The notes beneath the pieces are model-generated. The model saw only the letters and a list, made by a program, of their open reading frames with translations. It was not told the DNA's origin and ran no database searches. A stretch of 64,000 nt of DNA from Selaginella moellendorffii. Its lineage: Eukaryota > Plantae > Lycopodiophyta. Position numbers and translations under genes: made by a program. Below, in pieces: positions 40,891-52,486 of the stretch. The stretch covers positions 496,001 to 560,000 of the forward strand of contig NW_003314369.1 in assembly GCF_000143415.4 (NCBI RefSeq), in the 5' to 3' direction. Position 1 is the stretch's first letter, and every line of letters starts with the position of its first letter.

Positions 40891-41739
40891 ATGAGCTTTG
40901 GGATTAACAAGCCAAGCGCCGGCGAGCTCGCGTCACTCTGCGGATCATACGACAGGTTTGAGCGCCAAGTCCCTCGCGGCGGCGATCCCAGGCGGCTGGA
41001 TCTTTTGCGCTCCCGGCCGCTGCCGCCGCCGCCGCCGCAGAGCCAGCAGCAATCCTTCTCGTCCTCGCAATCCTGGCGAGAATCTCAGGTCACGGCCAGG
41101 GATCTGGTCCCTCGGCCACTCCCAATCTGTAGCCGATCGGACGATGTGATCGAGGAACGGCTGGCTGCTCTGGAAAATCTCGTGGCCGGGGTTGCGGAGA
41201 GCGTCAGCTCCATGCGAAAGTCTCTGGACGATCAAAATCGCGAGGTCTCTTTCATGGTGCGTTCTTTCTTTTTTTTGTCCTGCTCTCTTTATCTAATGTT
41301 TTTTTTCCTCTTGTGAATGGAAGTTGAAAGAGGAGGAAGGCACCATCAAACGAGTGGTCGATCAGATCCAAGCTGTGCCCGCGAAGCTGTCCGGGGATCT
41401 CAAAGCAGCACTCCGAGAGGAAATCAAGCAAGCGCTCTTGGAGTCGGACGAAAAAACTGTGAGCCAATGCATCCCGTCAAAGGATCCGAGAGACAAGACT
41501 CCGTCAAGTGTGGAAACAAAAGAGAAGAAAGGATCGAATAGCAAGAGGAAGTCAGCAAGTGCGGAGGAGCAACGATCTGACGGTAAGACTCTGCTTTTCT
41601 TTTTCGTCTTAGCTTTATCAGATTCTCGTACTTTGCAGATTCCACGACCTTGGATCTCTATTCCCCAAGCGCAAAGGAGCTCAAGAAAATGCGAGACAAG
41701 GTCCTCAGAGCTCGAAGGAGCATTAAGAAACGAGTTTGA
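40891..41739 (+). CDS. Candidate PRD3/PAIR1 (Mer2/IHO1-like) meiotic double-strand-break protein; 3 exons
   Basis: MSFGINK..ELASL start, RSRPL...QSQQQSFSSSQ..RESQV, a coiled coil (IEERLAALENLVAGVAESVSSMRKSL) and a basic C-terminus MRDKVLRARRSIKKRV*. The motif order parallels PAIR1/PRD3 as remembered. Confidence 0.6.
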
Positions 41740-41924
41740 CGAGATCCTGGTACGAAGAAACTTTTTCTGTTTTAAATAAAACAGTAATGTGATTTTCCAG
41801 GAAGTGAACGAGAACAAATTGGCGAGGTGGAAACTATAATGAATCGATCAGGAAACTATGAGATGAGCTACGGGACGGCGTCCTTCCGAGCCACATCTTC
41901 AAATTCCTGGCCCAAGTTGCTCCG

Positions 41925-42837
41925 CTACCGGTCTTTGAGCTCGTGCTCAAAGCTGAGCAGCGTCTCGCGAATTCTCGGCAAAAACGACTCGAGTTCCTTG
42001 GCGAGCCGGTTCTTCTCCGCTGCGGGCAGGCCCTCGTCCTTGGTGAAGTCGACCTCGATCTAAATCAACCAAGGACGAATCCATCAACTTGGTATGCGCA
42101 ACTTGATCACCAAAGAGCTAAACTTTTACCTGGAGATCGTCCAGCTCGCCACAAGATGCGTCCAGGAACTTGAGAGTTCCCGTCAGGTCCTTGAATTCGT
42201 CGAACAGCAAGCTCCCTGTAGCAACATCGATCACTCCCTCGAAACAAACAAGAAAAAGAAAGAGAGAAAAACAGTACCTTGGAATCCTAGAGTGATGTCG
42301 AAGGAATACCCAATGCGCTTCTTGTTACGCACCGTCACGACTGTGGCCTGCATCCATCGCTCACTTAGAAATCTCGGAGAAAACGAAACCAAAGAGAGAA
42401 AAAGAAAGAGAATCTTTCGTTCTTACATCTCCACTGCAGCCCACAACTTCCGTGACTCGAGCCGATCCATCAGCGTACTCGATCGGTTCCAGCGCAAGGA
42501 GCATTTCCTGGGAGCAAAGGAGCACGAAATTTTTTCTCTCCAACGAAAGAACCCAAGCTCATACCTTTAACCTCGCAATTGCCCACGAATTTAAGTTCTT
42601 CTCCTCCCATGTCCCCAGCTGCAAGAAGAAGAATGCGAGATTTCATTCAACGAATTCCATCCGAGGCACGAGATCTACCTGATTCCACGCCGAGCCGACG
42701 CGATTTTGCCGCGAGACGAGCGAATCCCCCTCGGCGGCCGTGAGCTTGCGAGGGACTTCCGCTTGGCAAGTCGCCTCGCGGACCCAGTAGGTGTAGGACG
42801 CAGATTTGCCGATGGCGGCATCTGCTGGAGCATCCAT
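41925..42837 (-). CDS. Aha1 N-terminal-domain protein (activator of Hsp90 ATPase family); 6 exons
   Basis: SYTYWVRE...GSAWNQ/GTWEEKNLNSWAIARLKEML...SGDATVVTVRNKKRIGYSFDITL...LLSFEHELKDR*. Confidence 0.9.
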
Positions 42838-43265
42838 TGACGCTTAACAAGAAACAACACTGGCCCCTTACCGCGACCTCGATCGATCGAGCCCCAACCG
42901 GCTAGAGTGGAGGAACCCTAAAAGCACGCCAATCGTCCAATTTAGGGCTCCTAGAGATTGGTCTTTAGTGGCAGCGGCCGAGCTGTGGCTTTGCGGCGAG
43001 CCCTACCGCCCACGGCAAGAATCTGTGAAGCTGCCCACAGCGAAATCTCGCGCCTCAAATCAGCCCCCTGGAACGCGGAGAATCGGTTCTAGAGGTTGAC
43101 CAGGCTCTACATTTTCCTACTCTTTCCTTTGTTCCAGCTTCTGGACGGAAGAAGCAAATCTAGCATTGCTTCTATGCTCTAGCTAGGTGAGCGTCCCTCG
43201 AAGCTGGGAGAGCAAAATTTTCACTCGGTACTCCTCTGGAAGCCACTGTCATTCTTCTCTGAGGC

Positions 43266-45300
43266 TCAAATGGGTGAATACACAGAGTGTTCTTCGTTAC
43301 CCAGGAGGATCTCAAATTCTTTGCCGCCAGGCAAAGCCGAGAACAAAAAATGGTGCGAGCACTCACTGACCACTGGATTTCCTCGCCAGTCTCCATTTTT
43401 CAAACCTAAGATCCAAGCTATACGATTGCTTGGGTACACTTTTGGAGCATGATACTTTTCTCGACATTCAATGAGCACATTGGTGGTAGTGGACGTAAGA
43501 GCCATCTTCACAGCAATGTGGAAACACAGAGACAGAGAGGGAGAGAGAGAGAGCTCCTCTCATTCAGAAAGAACAACTACTTTGTCGTGCAGAAGTTTTT
43601 CCTTGAGCAGCTCCACTCGGGTGTACCCGGATTTACTGCCAGAGCATTGGCCTCGTAGCGTCTCAACTTCTTGAACCGGCTGCTCGTCAACTGGATGATG
43701 CTCCCCTCAGCTGGTGGAACCATGGGATCAGGCATCCCAGATACAGTCCTATTGCACCACTCTCGAGCAGCAGCCATCTTTTGCATTACCGTGCGTACGT
43801 CAACATGCACCTTGCCTTCCAGTGCAGCTTCGAAAGAAAGCACATACCGTGTATGCTCCAAACACCAACATGGCTTCCATCTCGCAGTGACCTGAGAGAT
43901 TCCTTCTGAACTTCAGGCGCCCTCCCGGTTGTACAAACAAAAACATAATCCAGCTGCACAAGCTTATTCCGTGTTGCTTCCAGGACCCATACCACTTCTC
44001 CAGCTCCCGAATGCTCATGAACTCTGATTCTGAGTGCAGATGCCTTTTAGTAGAGAACGGAATGGAACTAAGCTGAGTGATGAAGTATCAGGCAGGATCA
44101 GTCACCAGTCCCTTTCGAGAAATGACGTCGTTACAGAACCGTTCACACAGCCACCCAGCTTCACTCCAATCCATAAGTGAACTGTGGACTACTGCGCTCG
44201 CATAAGCCACCCAAGGGTCATGATCATCACCAGCATGCTTGTTTCGAAACTCCTCCACGTAAATTTGCTGAATGACAGAACATTCACTTTTCGACATATG
44301 CATACCTAGGATCCACATTTATAATCCGGTGCTGAAATCTCCTTTAGCTTTCATTGACGCCCTTATAGCTGCTATCAACGAAAGAGGAGATGACTGAATC
44401 CCAGTCTTCAGAGCTGTCTAACAGGTCACTGACTTCCTCGGGCGTCAAGTCGAACATTGGAGCCTCGAACCAAAATCCATCCGCCTCTACTCTCACCCGT
44501 TCCCGTCCAACCAGTTTCTTAGAGGCAATTTCGATGCAGGTCTTATCCAAGATATCCAGAGAGTGTGGGTGCTTGGCTGCGTAATACTCCACATCGCGTT
44601 GTCTATCCTGGTCATCACCAACCACAGCACCTAGAACTGAGGCATGCTGCATAAACGTCTGCAGTTGTTCCTGCAAGACAGTCCACATAAGCATAAACAT
44701 GAAAGTAAGAACGATCACATACCTTGGTGAATCCTTCTGAATGAAAGATTGTCGGTTTTTCATCGAAGGTTCTTTCCACTTCCGTGAAGTGCCAGGCATC
44801 GGGTGAGAGTCCAAAAATCACTTTGTAGTTCCCAACAATGTCCTTCAACGACTCCTCCGCTTTAAAACGCTTCTTGCGATCTGGTTTCTTTAATACAAAG
44901 CCGGGGCACCATCGACAATAAAAGTGAAATCATCCCCCAAGGACGTTCGCTTCTTCAGAAAAGCCTTCAGCGAAAGACCTCAGCTGTGACGTCGGGTTGC
45001 TCTGCATACGAAAACTTGAGCTCATCAACAAACCAATGAACGAGGCAAGCGCTGGCTAGTTCCACGCTACCACCCATTAACATCCAGTGACTTTGCAGAT
45101 GTTCCAGATACACACCACTTTTCTAGTAGAAACGGAGCACATAAGTGAGGTCAATGCCCTGAGCTTGCAAGACTTCCCGTCGCCCTTGGGACCGACCAGC
45201 AGGAATTCCTGACCAGGACGCATATCACGAATCCACCTCCGAGCTAGATCCTTCAAGTCCGGCAAGCCCCTCCTCTGCCTGGCCTTGGACCTGGTTCCAA
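43266..45300 (-). pseudogene. P-loop NTPase plus putative restriction-fold nuclease (Crinkler/RHS-type architecture), disrupted
   Basis: Walker A LLVGPKGDGKS, Walker B FTFIVDG, sensor-like VIFGLSPD, HP helix motif, then GWLCE and NKLVQLDYVFV. In-frame stops and frameshifts are present. The 43266-43860 part may be a separate unknown ORF. Confidence 0.5.
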
Positions 45301-46451
45301 AGTGCCTAGGTAAGGAACTTTGTTTACCTTAGACACATTCTACAAGTTCTCATACTTGCGCTTCCCGTCGTCCTCCTTAATCAGCTTCCAGGCTGCAGCA
45401 CTCTACCACCATTCTGGATTCTCTATTCTCTGAGAACCCTAAAAGTAAAAAGAAGTTTATCACGATGAATATTCTAAGAGGGAGGTGGTTAAGACTCTCT
45501 GGATGGATGCTGACACGTGAGGCAGTCCCAATCAGAGAGTTGCAGTGGCACTATATTTGCTACCGTGAGAAGGCCAAGCCTGGAGGCATTCTTCCACGCA
45601 CTCTAGATTCTCCACTTTTCACCAATTCAAAAGAGTGTGGTGTGATCGTCATCAACTCTATCAATGGTTTCAAAGGAAACTCTCATCCGTGAATATGGTA
45701 AGGTGGTGATTGTGCCAAGTCCAGATGCTTTTGATCGTAGCGTCTACACTCTTGAGGCTTTTACCTGGGGTTTTGGGATCTCGGACGTTTCCAGAGATGA
45801 CCTTGCCTTGGTACCAGTGGCGGACCTTGTAAGTAAGTTTTTGTTCGAGATTGTTTAGTGTTCAACTGACCCTGATATATAGTTGCTTTCGCATAGGCAA
45901 ATCATGGCTTCGGGCTGACCAATGAAGATCCTAGCTAGAATGCCAAAGTTTCCTCTTGCAAGGATCTCACCTCGCCAACAAAGTAGCTAGCATTACTATG
46001 CAGCTCTTCTCCTTGATCGAGGATTCCTCGACTGATAGAAGCATACAGGTTAAGTTCTAAACTTCCGCAAAGAAGATCATCTCATCAGTGGAGAGCTAGG
46101 AAGAAATGAGAGAGGACATGAAGGATTTCATCTGCTTGTGGACAGATCATTGCTCCATGCGTTAGAGGCTGTATCTCATGGCGTCGTCTATGAGATAGAG
46201 GCCTCGTGAGCTTATGATTTTAAAATAGCAATATTTCTATCTTAAATTTCTAAAATTGGCTAATACTTTAAAAATATTTAATAAATATCTAAAAATATTA
46301 ATTTTGAAGCACAAAAAATTATTATCATCTGATAAAAACTCTAAACTGCTATTATTACACATTCAAATGCTTAATATTATATTATTTACTTCTTGATATA
46401 TTTTAAGTATTAGGATGCTAAATGTAAAGCATATATTCCCAGAAAGATATA

Positions 46452-47374
46452 TAAACTAATATATTTTGTCAATGAAAAGTTTGCCATCTTAGTCTCGACA
46501 GGGAACTTGGAAAAGCAGCAAGAAGGAAATAAGACGCAGTAGTGGAGACGAATTTTTCAACGAATTTGATCTCTTTCCCAAGACAAAGTCTAGCAATTAC
46601 CTACGCCAACCACGTATATAAAACACCCGATCTAAAATGAAATGAAACACACACTTCTCTTCTAAAGATCGTCAAGGTCCAACTATTTATTTGGATATTT
46701 GTCCTTTTCAGTGGCAATGAAGTCGATAGCCATGGCGCGTGGTGATGCATGAGTTCAATAATATATATTATATAAACTGTGAAAAAAACTAAAGATGTTG
46801 CCTTTACTCATCTGGATTCACTCGTGTGTTGTTCTATGTCCCAGCATTATAGAAAAGAAAAGGAATTGACAAACTCGGAACGATTTCCTCGACTAACTTT
46901 CAAAGGACAAAGTGATGCCGCCCCAAGAGACGCCACAGCATTGTATGCTGCCTCCAGCTACAAATACGAGTGGCCTCACAGATCAAATCACTTCTCTCGA
47001 ATATACTCGTTGAACTTTTAGTTTTAGCAGCAAATCATGGAGAACCAAGGCTTGCTTGGTGTTGTTTTCGGTGCTTGCCATCTTTGTGCCGATGCTGGCC
47101 ATGAGAGTGGACGTGGGAGGAATCGAACCGCGAGGATGGCGCTAGTATGGCGGCAGCTGCCACCGTAACTAGAAAGCTAGCTCCTCTCTGTGATCGTAAG
47201 TTTCCTCTCGGCAATTTTGAATTCAACTATGAAGAACAAGTTGAGGGAACACACTATGACCAACAAATCCAATTGCCCATGTACGCTTATTCGCCATTGA
47301 CAAATCAAAGCTCTATCTTGTCAGTCAAGAGAATTCCAGGAAAACGCCGGTAAAAGCAAACGAAATGATCGATG
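46452..47374 (+). repeat. ~0.9-kb direct repeat, copy 1 (peptide-gene unit)
   Basis: Aligns by eye with 50525-51425 from taaactaata to gaaatgatcgatg. Confidence 0.9.
47037..47172 (+). pseudogene. Pseudogene of the Cys/Trp-rich secreted peptide
   Basis: Homologous to 49732-49929, with a +1 frameshift at codon 4 and loss of one repeat. The ancestral frame reads RGWR*YGGSCHRN* (TGG>TAG). Confidence 0.8.
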
Positions 47375-49089
47375 AGAGGAATCACTACCACGCAGACGTA
47401 CCGATTGAAGCCTCTAGAACAGGCCGTAGACGATCTAGAGCGGCGGGCATCGTCGCTCGACGACGACGACTACGCGCAACTCCTCACAGCTTGCATCCAG
47501 GAAAGAGATTTGCGTCAAGGCGCCAGGCTCCACGCGCTCATCCTTGGCAGCAGCCACCACCAATCCAACAGGTACCTCGCAAATCTTCTCATCCAGCTCT
47601 ATGGAAGGTGCGAGCGCGCGGATCGAGCATGGCAGGTGTTTATCAGCATCCACGAGCCCAACAGATTCTCCTGGAACTTGATGCTTGGCGCTTATGCCCA
47701 AAATGCGGATCTTGAGGAAGCAAAAGAGCTGTTTAAGAGATATTGTTGCATGGGTCCCTATTCTCACGGCTCATGCAAACCGTGGAAACTTGGAGGAATG
47801 CCAAGCATTGTTTGATCAGGTTCCAGAATGGGATGTCGTTTGCTGGAACTCGCTACTTACAGCATATGCCCATAACGGGCATATGGATTAGGCAAGCCAG
47901 GTCTTTGATGGAATGCTAGAACACAACATAGTTTCTTGGGCTGTTATGGTTACTGGGTATGCAAGAAAAGGCCCTGTTAACGACGCGCTAAATGTGTTTA
48001 TGAGAATCCCCGAAACCAACGAACTAGGATGGACTGTTCTTGTCACTACATATGCCCAGCTTGGGCATATTGAAAAAGCCAAGGAGCTTTTTAGTAAAAT
48101 GCCACACCGCGACTTAATCTCGTGGAACGCAATGCTAGCGGCAACGGCCAGCCTGCAAGAAGCAAGGTCTCTGTTTGATGCCATGCCACAGAGGAACGTT
48201 GCATCGTGGTCGACAATGATCACCGCACTGGCGGAGAGAAACCAGCTCGAAGAAGCTCGCATTCTCTTCGATCGAGTTCCCTATCACGACGACGTGGTGT
48301 GGATTGCCATGATCTTGGCCTACTCCAACCACGGCCACCTCGAAGAAGCCATGAAGATGTTTGCACGGATGCCACAGCGCGATCTCGTCGCTTGGACGGC
48401 AACGGTGGCGGCAATTGCTTTGCACGGGAGTTTGATCGATGCCAGAGCCTTGTTCGACCAAATGCCACAGCACGATCGCGTCGCGTGGAACACGATGCTG
48501 GGAGCTTTACATCCAGAGCAATTGCCTCGTCCAAGCGCGGGAGCTCTTCGTGGCCATGCCGGTGAGAGACACATCGAGCTGGAACACGATCCTTGCCGCG
48601 AGCGCTGAAGGGGGGAATGTCTTGCACGCCGGGAAGATCTTCTCCACATTGCCTGAACGGAGCATTGTGTTGTGGAGCGCGATGTTTTTTGGCAGCATGG
48701 CGATGGAGGGCGAGACGAGAAACGAGATAAGTTTCCAGGGGATTTTCCTGACTTGCAATCACGGTGGGAAGCTCCCTGTGGCACTCGACTACTTTCGATC
48801 TATGGTGGCCGAGTACAGCATTTCTCCAAATGTGATTCACTTCCAGGCGATGGCAGATGTGCTGGGACGAGCCGGGCTGGTTGCCAAGGCCGAAGCTCTG
48901 CTGCTGGTGATGCCCTTCCAGCCGCATTTCCTCGTGTGGAAGAGCTTGATCAGCGCTTGCAAAGTTCATGGTAGTGGCAAGAATTGCAGCTCGTGCCGCA
49001 GAGAAACTCTTGGAGATGAAACCAGGGGACTCTGGAGCTCTACGTGCTCATGCTCATGTCGAATCTGCAAAAGCAGCTGCGTCACATGA
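47372..49089 (+). pseudogene. PLS-class PPR pseudogene with E-domain remnant
   Basis: PPR repeats (SWNAML, VAWTA, ARxLFDxMPQR) are split across three frames, with a TAG at ~47889. C-terminal PFQPHFLVWKSLISACKVH. Confidence 0.85.
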
Positions 49090-49643
49090 GTCCATTTGGC
49101 CGGTTAACATTAAAGAGTCAACAAGTATAAACATTTAATTAATAGAATAACAGAAAATAATTATATGTAAATTAAATAAGAAAAACAATTTTAATGAATA
49201 AAATCTTGATAATTATTGATATCACTTTCATTAATCGTTGCAGATTGCTCCAAAAGATTGTCAAGAGCCTGCCAGTGAGAAGAGACAATGTAGCATTTAC
49301 CACTTTGATTAAAGTTGCAGGTGACTGGAAGCAGCCGTACTGAGTCTGTGGTCGAGATGGAAGACAAAGTATTAGGTTCGTGTTTAGGATATTAGCATGG
49401 AAGTTCTATGGAACTTTGAATCAAACACTTGTAAAGTTTTGGCAAAGCTAGTAGAGGAATGCTAGAGTGACTTTGGAGATAAGGATTTGAAGGGTTGGAG
49501 AAGCATAGGAAAAAGAAGAATTGGCAAACACGGAACCACTTTTACTGGACTAGCTCTCAAATATTCTTTCAGAGATAAGAAATAAGCGAAGCCGTCCCAA
49601 GACAACTCTCCAGCGTCCATCTAACATTTTGTGCTGCCTCGAG

Positions 49644-49651
49644 CTATAAAG
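49644..49651 (+). promoter_or_regulatory. TATA box of the peptide gene
   Basis: ctataaag about 85 bp upstream of ATG 49732. The context (gctataaagacgagc...cctcacagatcaaa) is conserved in the copy at ~50975; the copy at ~46960 reads ctacaaat. Confidence 0.6.
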
Positions 49652-49731
49652 ACGAGCCCCTCCTGCCTCACAGATCAAACCATTTCTCTCTAATATACAA
49701 GCTTACTTGATCTTAGTCTGAGCAGCAAATC

Positions 49732-49929
49732 ATGGAGAACAAGGCTTTCTTGGTGATGTTTTTGGCGCTTGCCATGTTTGTGATGATGCTGGCCATGGGC
49801 GTGGACGTGGGAGGAATCGCAAAGGCTGCTGCCCAGCGCTGCCAGTCGGGGTGGTATTGGTATGACAACAGTTGCCACCGTTGCCAGAGGGGTTGGGTCT
49901 GGCGCAACAATCGCTGCTGGCGCAACTGA
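49732..49929 (+). CDS. Small secreted Cys/Trp/Arg-rich peptide (65 aa) with two 14-aa RCxxGWxWxxxxC repeats
   Basis: Intronless MENKAFLVMFLALAMFVMMLAMG VDVGGIAKAAA QRCQSGWYWYDNSCH RCQRGWVWRNNRCWRN*. It has a hydrophobic signal peptide, a TATA box and paralogous copies nearby. Confidence 0.85.
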   Translation: MENKAFLVMFLALAMFVMMLAMGVDVGGIAKAAAQRCQSGWYWYDNSCHRCQRGWVWRNNRCWRN

Positions 49930-50227
49930 AACCTCCCGTTTCACGGGGTAAGCCCATGTTAAGAATCAACATCATAATTGCCTTTGATTTCATCATTCTG
50001 CAGTGCCAAGAAAGAATAAAGACACTGATAACGTGTTTTCTGATCGTGATGAGTTCCAGCAATAATAAATAAATTGTCCAGCTTGATATAAAAAGTCTGA
50101 ATGTCTCTTGCTCCTCCTCTCTTCTCCGAATCCCTCGACTTCCAATCAATGCATCGCTGGATTGATCGATTGCTCGACTCGATTGGAGCGTCACAACCAG
50201 GCCCAGGCACACCCAGCTCACCAAGGC

Positions 50228-50345
50228 GATGGCGCAGCGCTGCCAATGGATTTCGCTGCGTGCTATGCAATTGGTACGGGTATGACCAGTTGCCATCGAT
50301 GCCAGCGAGGGTGGCGCTCGAATGGCAGCCGCTGCTGAAGAATCG
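50228..50345 (+). pseudogene. Degenerate mature-domain copy of the Cys/Trp-rich peptide
   Basis: gcgcagcgctgccaa...tggtacgggtatgaccagttgccatcgatgccagcgagggtggcgc...cgctgctga encodes AQRCQ.../..SCHRCQRGWRSNGSRC*. It is frameshifted and has no signal peptide. Confidence 0.7.
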
Positions 50346-50524
50346 CCAAAGTTCGCTAGCCTGGCGCCTCGAAGAACCACGGGAGCGCAGTTTGAAATTT
50401 TCATGCCCCTGAGACTGTCAATGTGGTTTCTAGAAAGTTGGTTCACTTTTAATATCAAAAAAATTTAGAACGACTCAAATCTACATAGCTTTTGGACTAA
50501 AATTTATTATTATATAATATTAAA

Positions 50525-51425
50525 TAAACTAATACATGTTTTTGTCAATGAAATGTTTGCCATCTTAGTCTCGACGTGGAACTTGGAAAAGCAACAAGAG
50601 GAAATAAGATGCAGTAGTGGAGACAAAATTTTCAACGAATCTGATCGCTTTCCCAAGACAAAGTCCAGCAATTACATACACCAACCACGTCCCCTCTCTC
50701 GATCGAAAGTGAAATGAAACACTTCTAAAGATCGTGAAGATCCAGCAATTTATTTGGATGTTTGTCCTTTTCAGTGGCAGTGAAGTCTATAGCAATGGCA
50801 CGTGGTGATGCATGAGTTCAATAATATATATTATATAAGCTGTGCCTTTACTCATATCAGCATTATAAAAAGGAAAAGGAATTGACAAACACGGAACGAT
50901 TTCCTCGACTAACTTTCAAAGGACAAAGTGATGCCGCCCCAAGAGACGTTACAGCATTGTATGCTGACTCCAGCTATAAAGACGAGCGGCCTCACAGATC
51001 AAATCACTTCTCTCGAATATACTCGTTGAACTCTTAGTTTTAGCAGCAAATCATGGAGAACCAAGGCTTGCTTGGTGTTGTTTTCGGTGCTTGCCATCTT
51101 TGTGCTGATGCTGGCCATGAGAGTGGACGTGGGAGGAATCGCACCTCGAGGATGGCGCTAGTATGGCGGCAGCTGCCACCGTAACTAGAAAGCTAGCTCC
51201 TCTCTGTGATCATAAGTTTCCTCTCGCCAATTTTGAATGCATAATTCAACTATGAAGAACAAGTTGAGGGAACACACTATGACCACCGTTTCCTTTGTAC
51301 TGCACAAATGCAATTGCCCCATGTACGCTTATTCGCCATTGACAAATCAAAGCTCTATCTTGTCAGTCGAGAGAGTTTACTGTATCCCAGGAAAATGCTG
51401 GTAAAAGCAAAGGAAATGATCGATG
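50525..51425 (+). repeat. ~0.9-kb direct repeat, copy 2 (peptide-gene unit)
   Basis: Matches 46452-47374. Confidence 0.9.
51053..51188 (+). pseudogene. Pseudogene of the Cys/Trp-rich secreted peptide
   Basis: Carries the same frameshift and TAG as 47037-47172. Confidence 0.8.
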
Positions 51426-51600
51426 CCAAAGGTTGCATGTGGTGAGATGGGTAGTAATATCACGTCCATGCCTAATAGTCTTGCTGTTTCCAGGACAAGT
51501 TTGGTCACATAAGACCTGTGGCCATCAACAATGCGAGTGTGGTGGTTGTATACGAACATCCATTAGGGATTGATTTCATAAAGTGTTCAAGCCAATAGAT
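51426..51600 (-). mobile_element. pogo/Fot1-type (DDE_1) transposase fragment
   Basis: RIVDGHRSYVTKLVLETARLLGMDVILLPISPHAT matches the DDE_1 pattern hhDGHxSH...hhxLPPHxT. It is cut off at the repeat junction. Confidence 0.65.
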
Positions 51601-52486
51601 TTTATATCATTCAAGCTTTCTTACTGATGGTGAGTGTAACTCTTACTTTGCAATCTGCAATCCAATTTTGTATCCTCCACTTGCCTTTGAAGATATAGGA
51701 TCCAGGTAGCAGCATTCACTGCCACAAGAACAATCATGTGTTCAGTGTTGTTTGGGACAATTCAGTAGCTGAAGCTGACACTTCGGGTGTCCAAAACTTT
51801 GACACCTCTAAAACAATTGGCTCAGACACTAGTTTTGTCAGCATTCCAAATGTTATTTGGCTTGTAACTGCTTGGAACATAAGATGCATCAAGATTCTCA
51901 TAGAATCATGATGCAACTTCTTTGCTTAGGAACTTTGCACGTTGGAGCTCCAAGGCCTCCCCAAGCTTGCTACTGATCTCTGGGTGCCATTTCATGAAGC
52001 TACTGCTCCACTTTCTGCTCGGTTCTCTGTCTGTCCAGCTTAGTGCTGTAGATGCCTGGAAACAACAAGAAGAGAAGTTGGTTCTCTTTCTTTTATCTTT
52101 TACCTTTTCAGATTGGCTTTCACTGACAAGAGCTGCCTGACAATTTTTCTGCACAACAGGCTAAAAGTGGTTTAATTAAGACCTCAAAGGACTTATAGTG
52201 TACCTCTGGATGCAGAACGGGATAGCCTTTAAGAGATGCAAGTGTTTGCACACGAGCTCTTCAAAGTAAGGTTGTACCTTTTGGACCAGCCAAAGAAGTA
52301 TTTTAAGATTTGCTTCGTGTAATGTTGTTCTGGCTGAGATTTGCAGTTGATGTAACAGTAAATCTTGTGATCGGATCTAGAAAACATGAAAGAAAGAAAT
52401 GCTTTCCTTTTTACAAGAATGTTCTTACCTCAAGATTCTATTAGTCCACTCTTGAGACTAGTATATTTTAAGTCTATCCACTACAA

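Noticed and set aside
45465-46210. Short plus-strand ORFs
   Set aside because: Fragmented, with no recognisable family.
49732-49929. Peptide as a BURP-dependent RiPP precursor or C-type lectin fragment
   Set aside because: There is no BURP domain in the window and no lectin domain follows; the resemblance is limited to CxxGW and WxW.
49730-50458. 242-aa minus-strand ORF antisense to the peptide gene
   Set aside because: No recognisable features; promoter and paralog evidence favour the plus strand.
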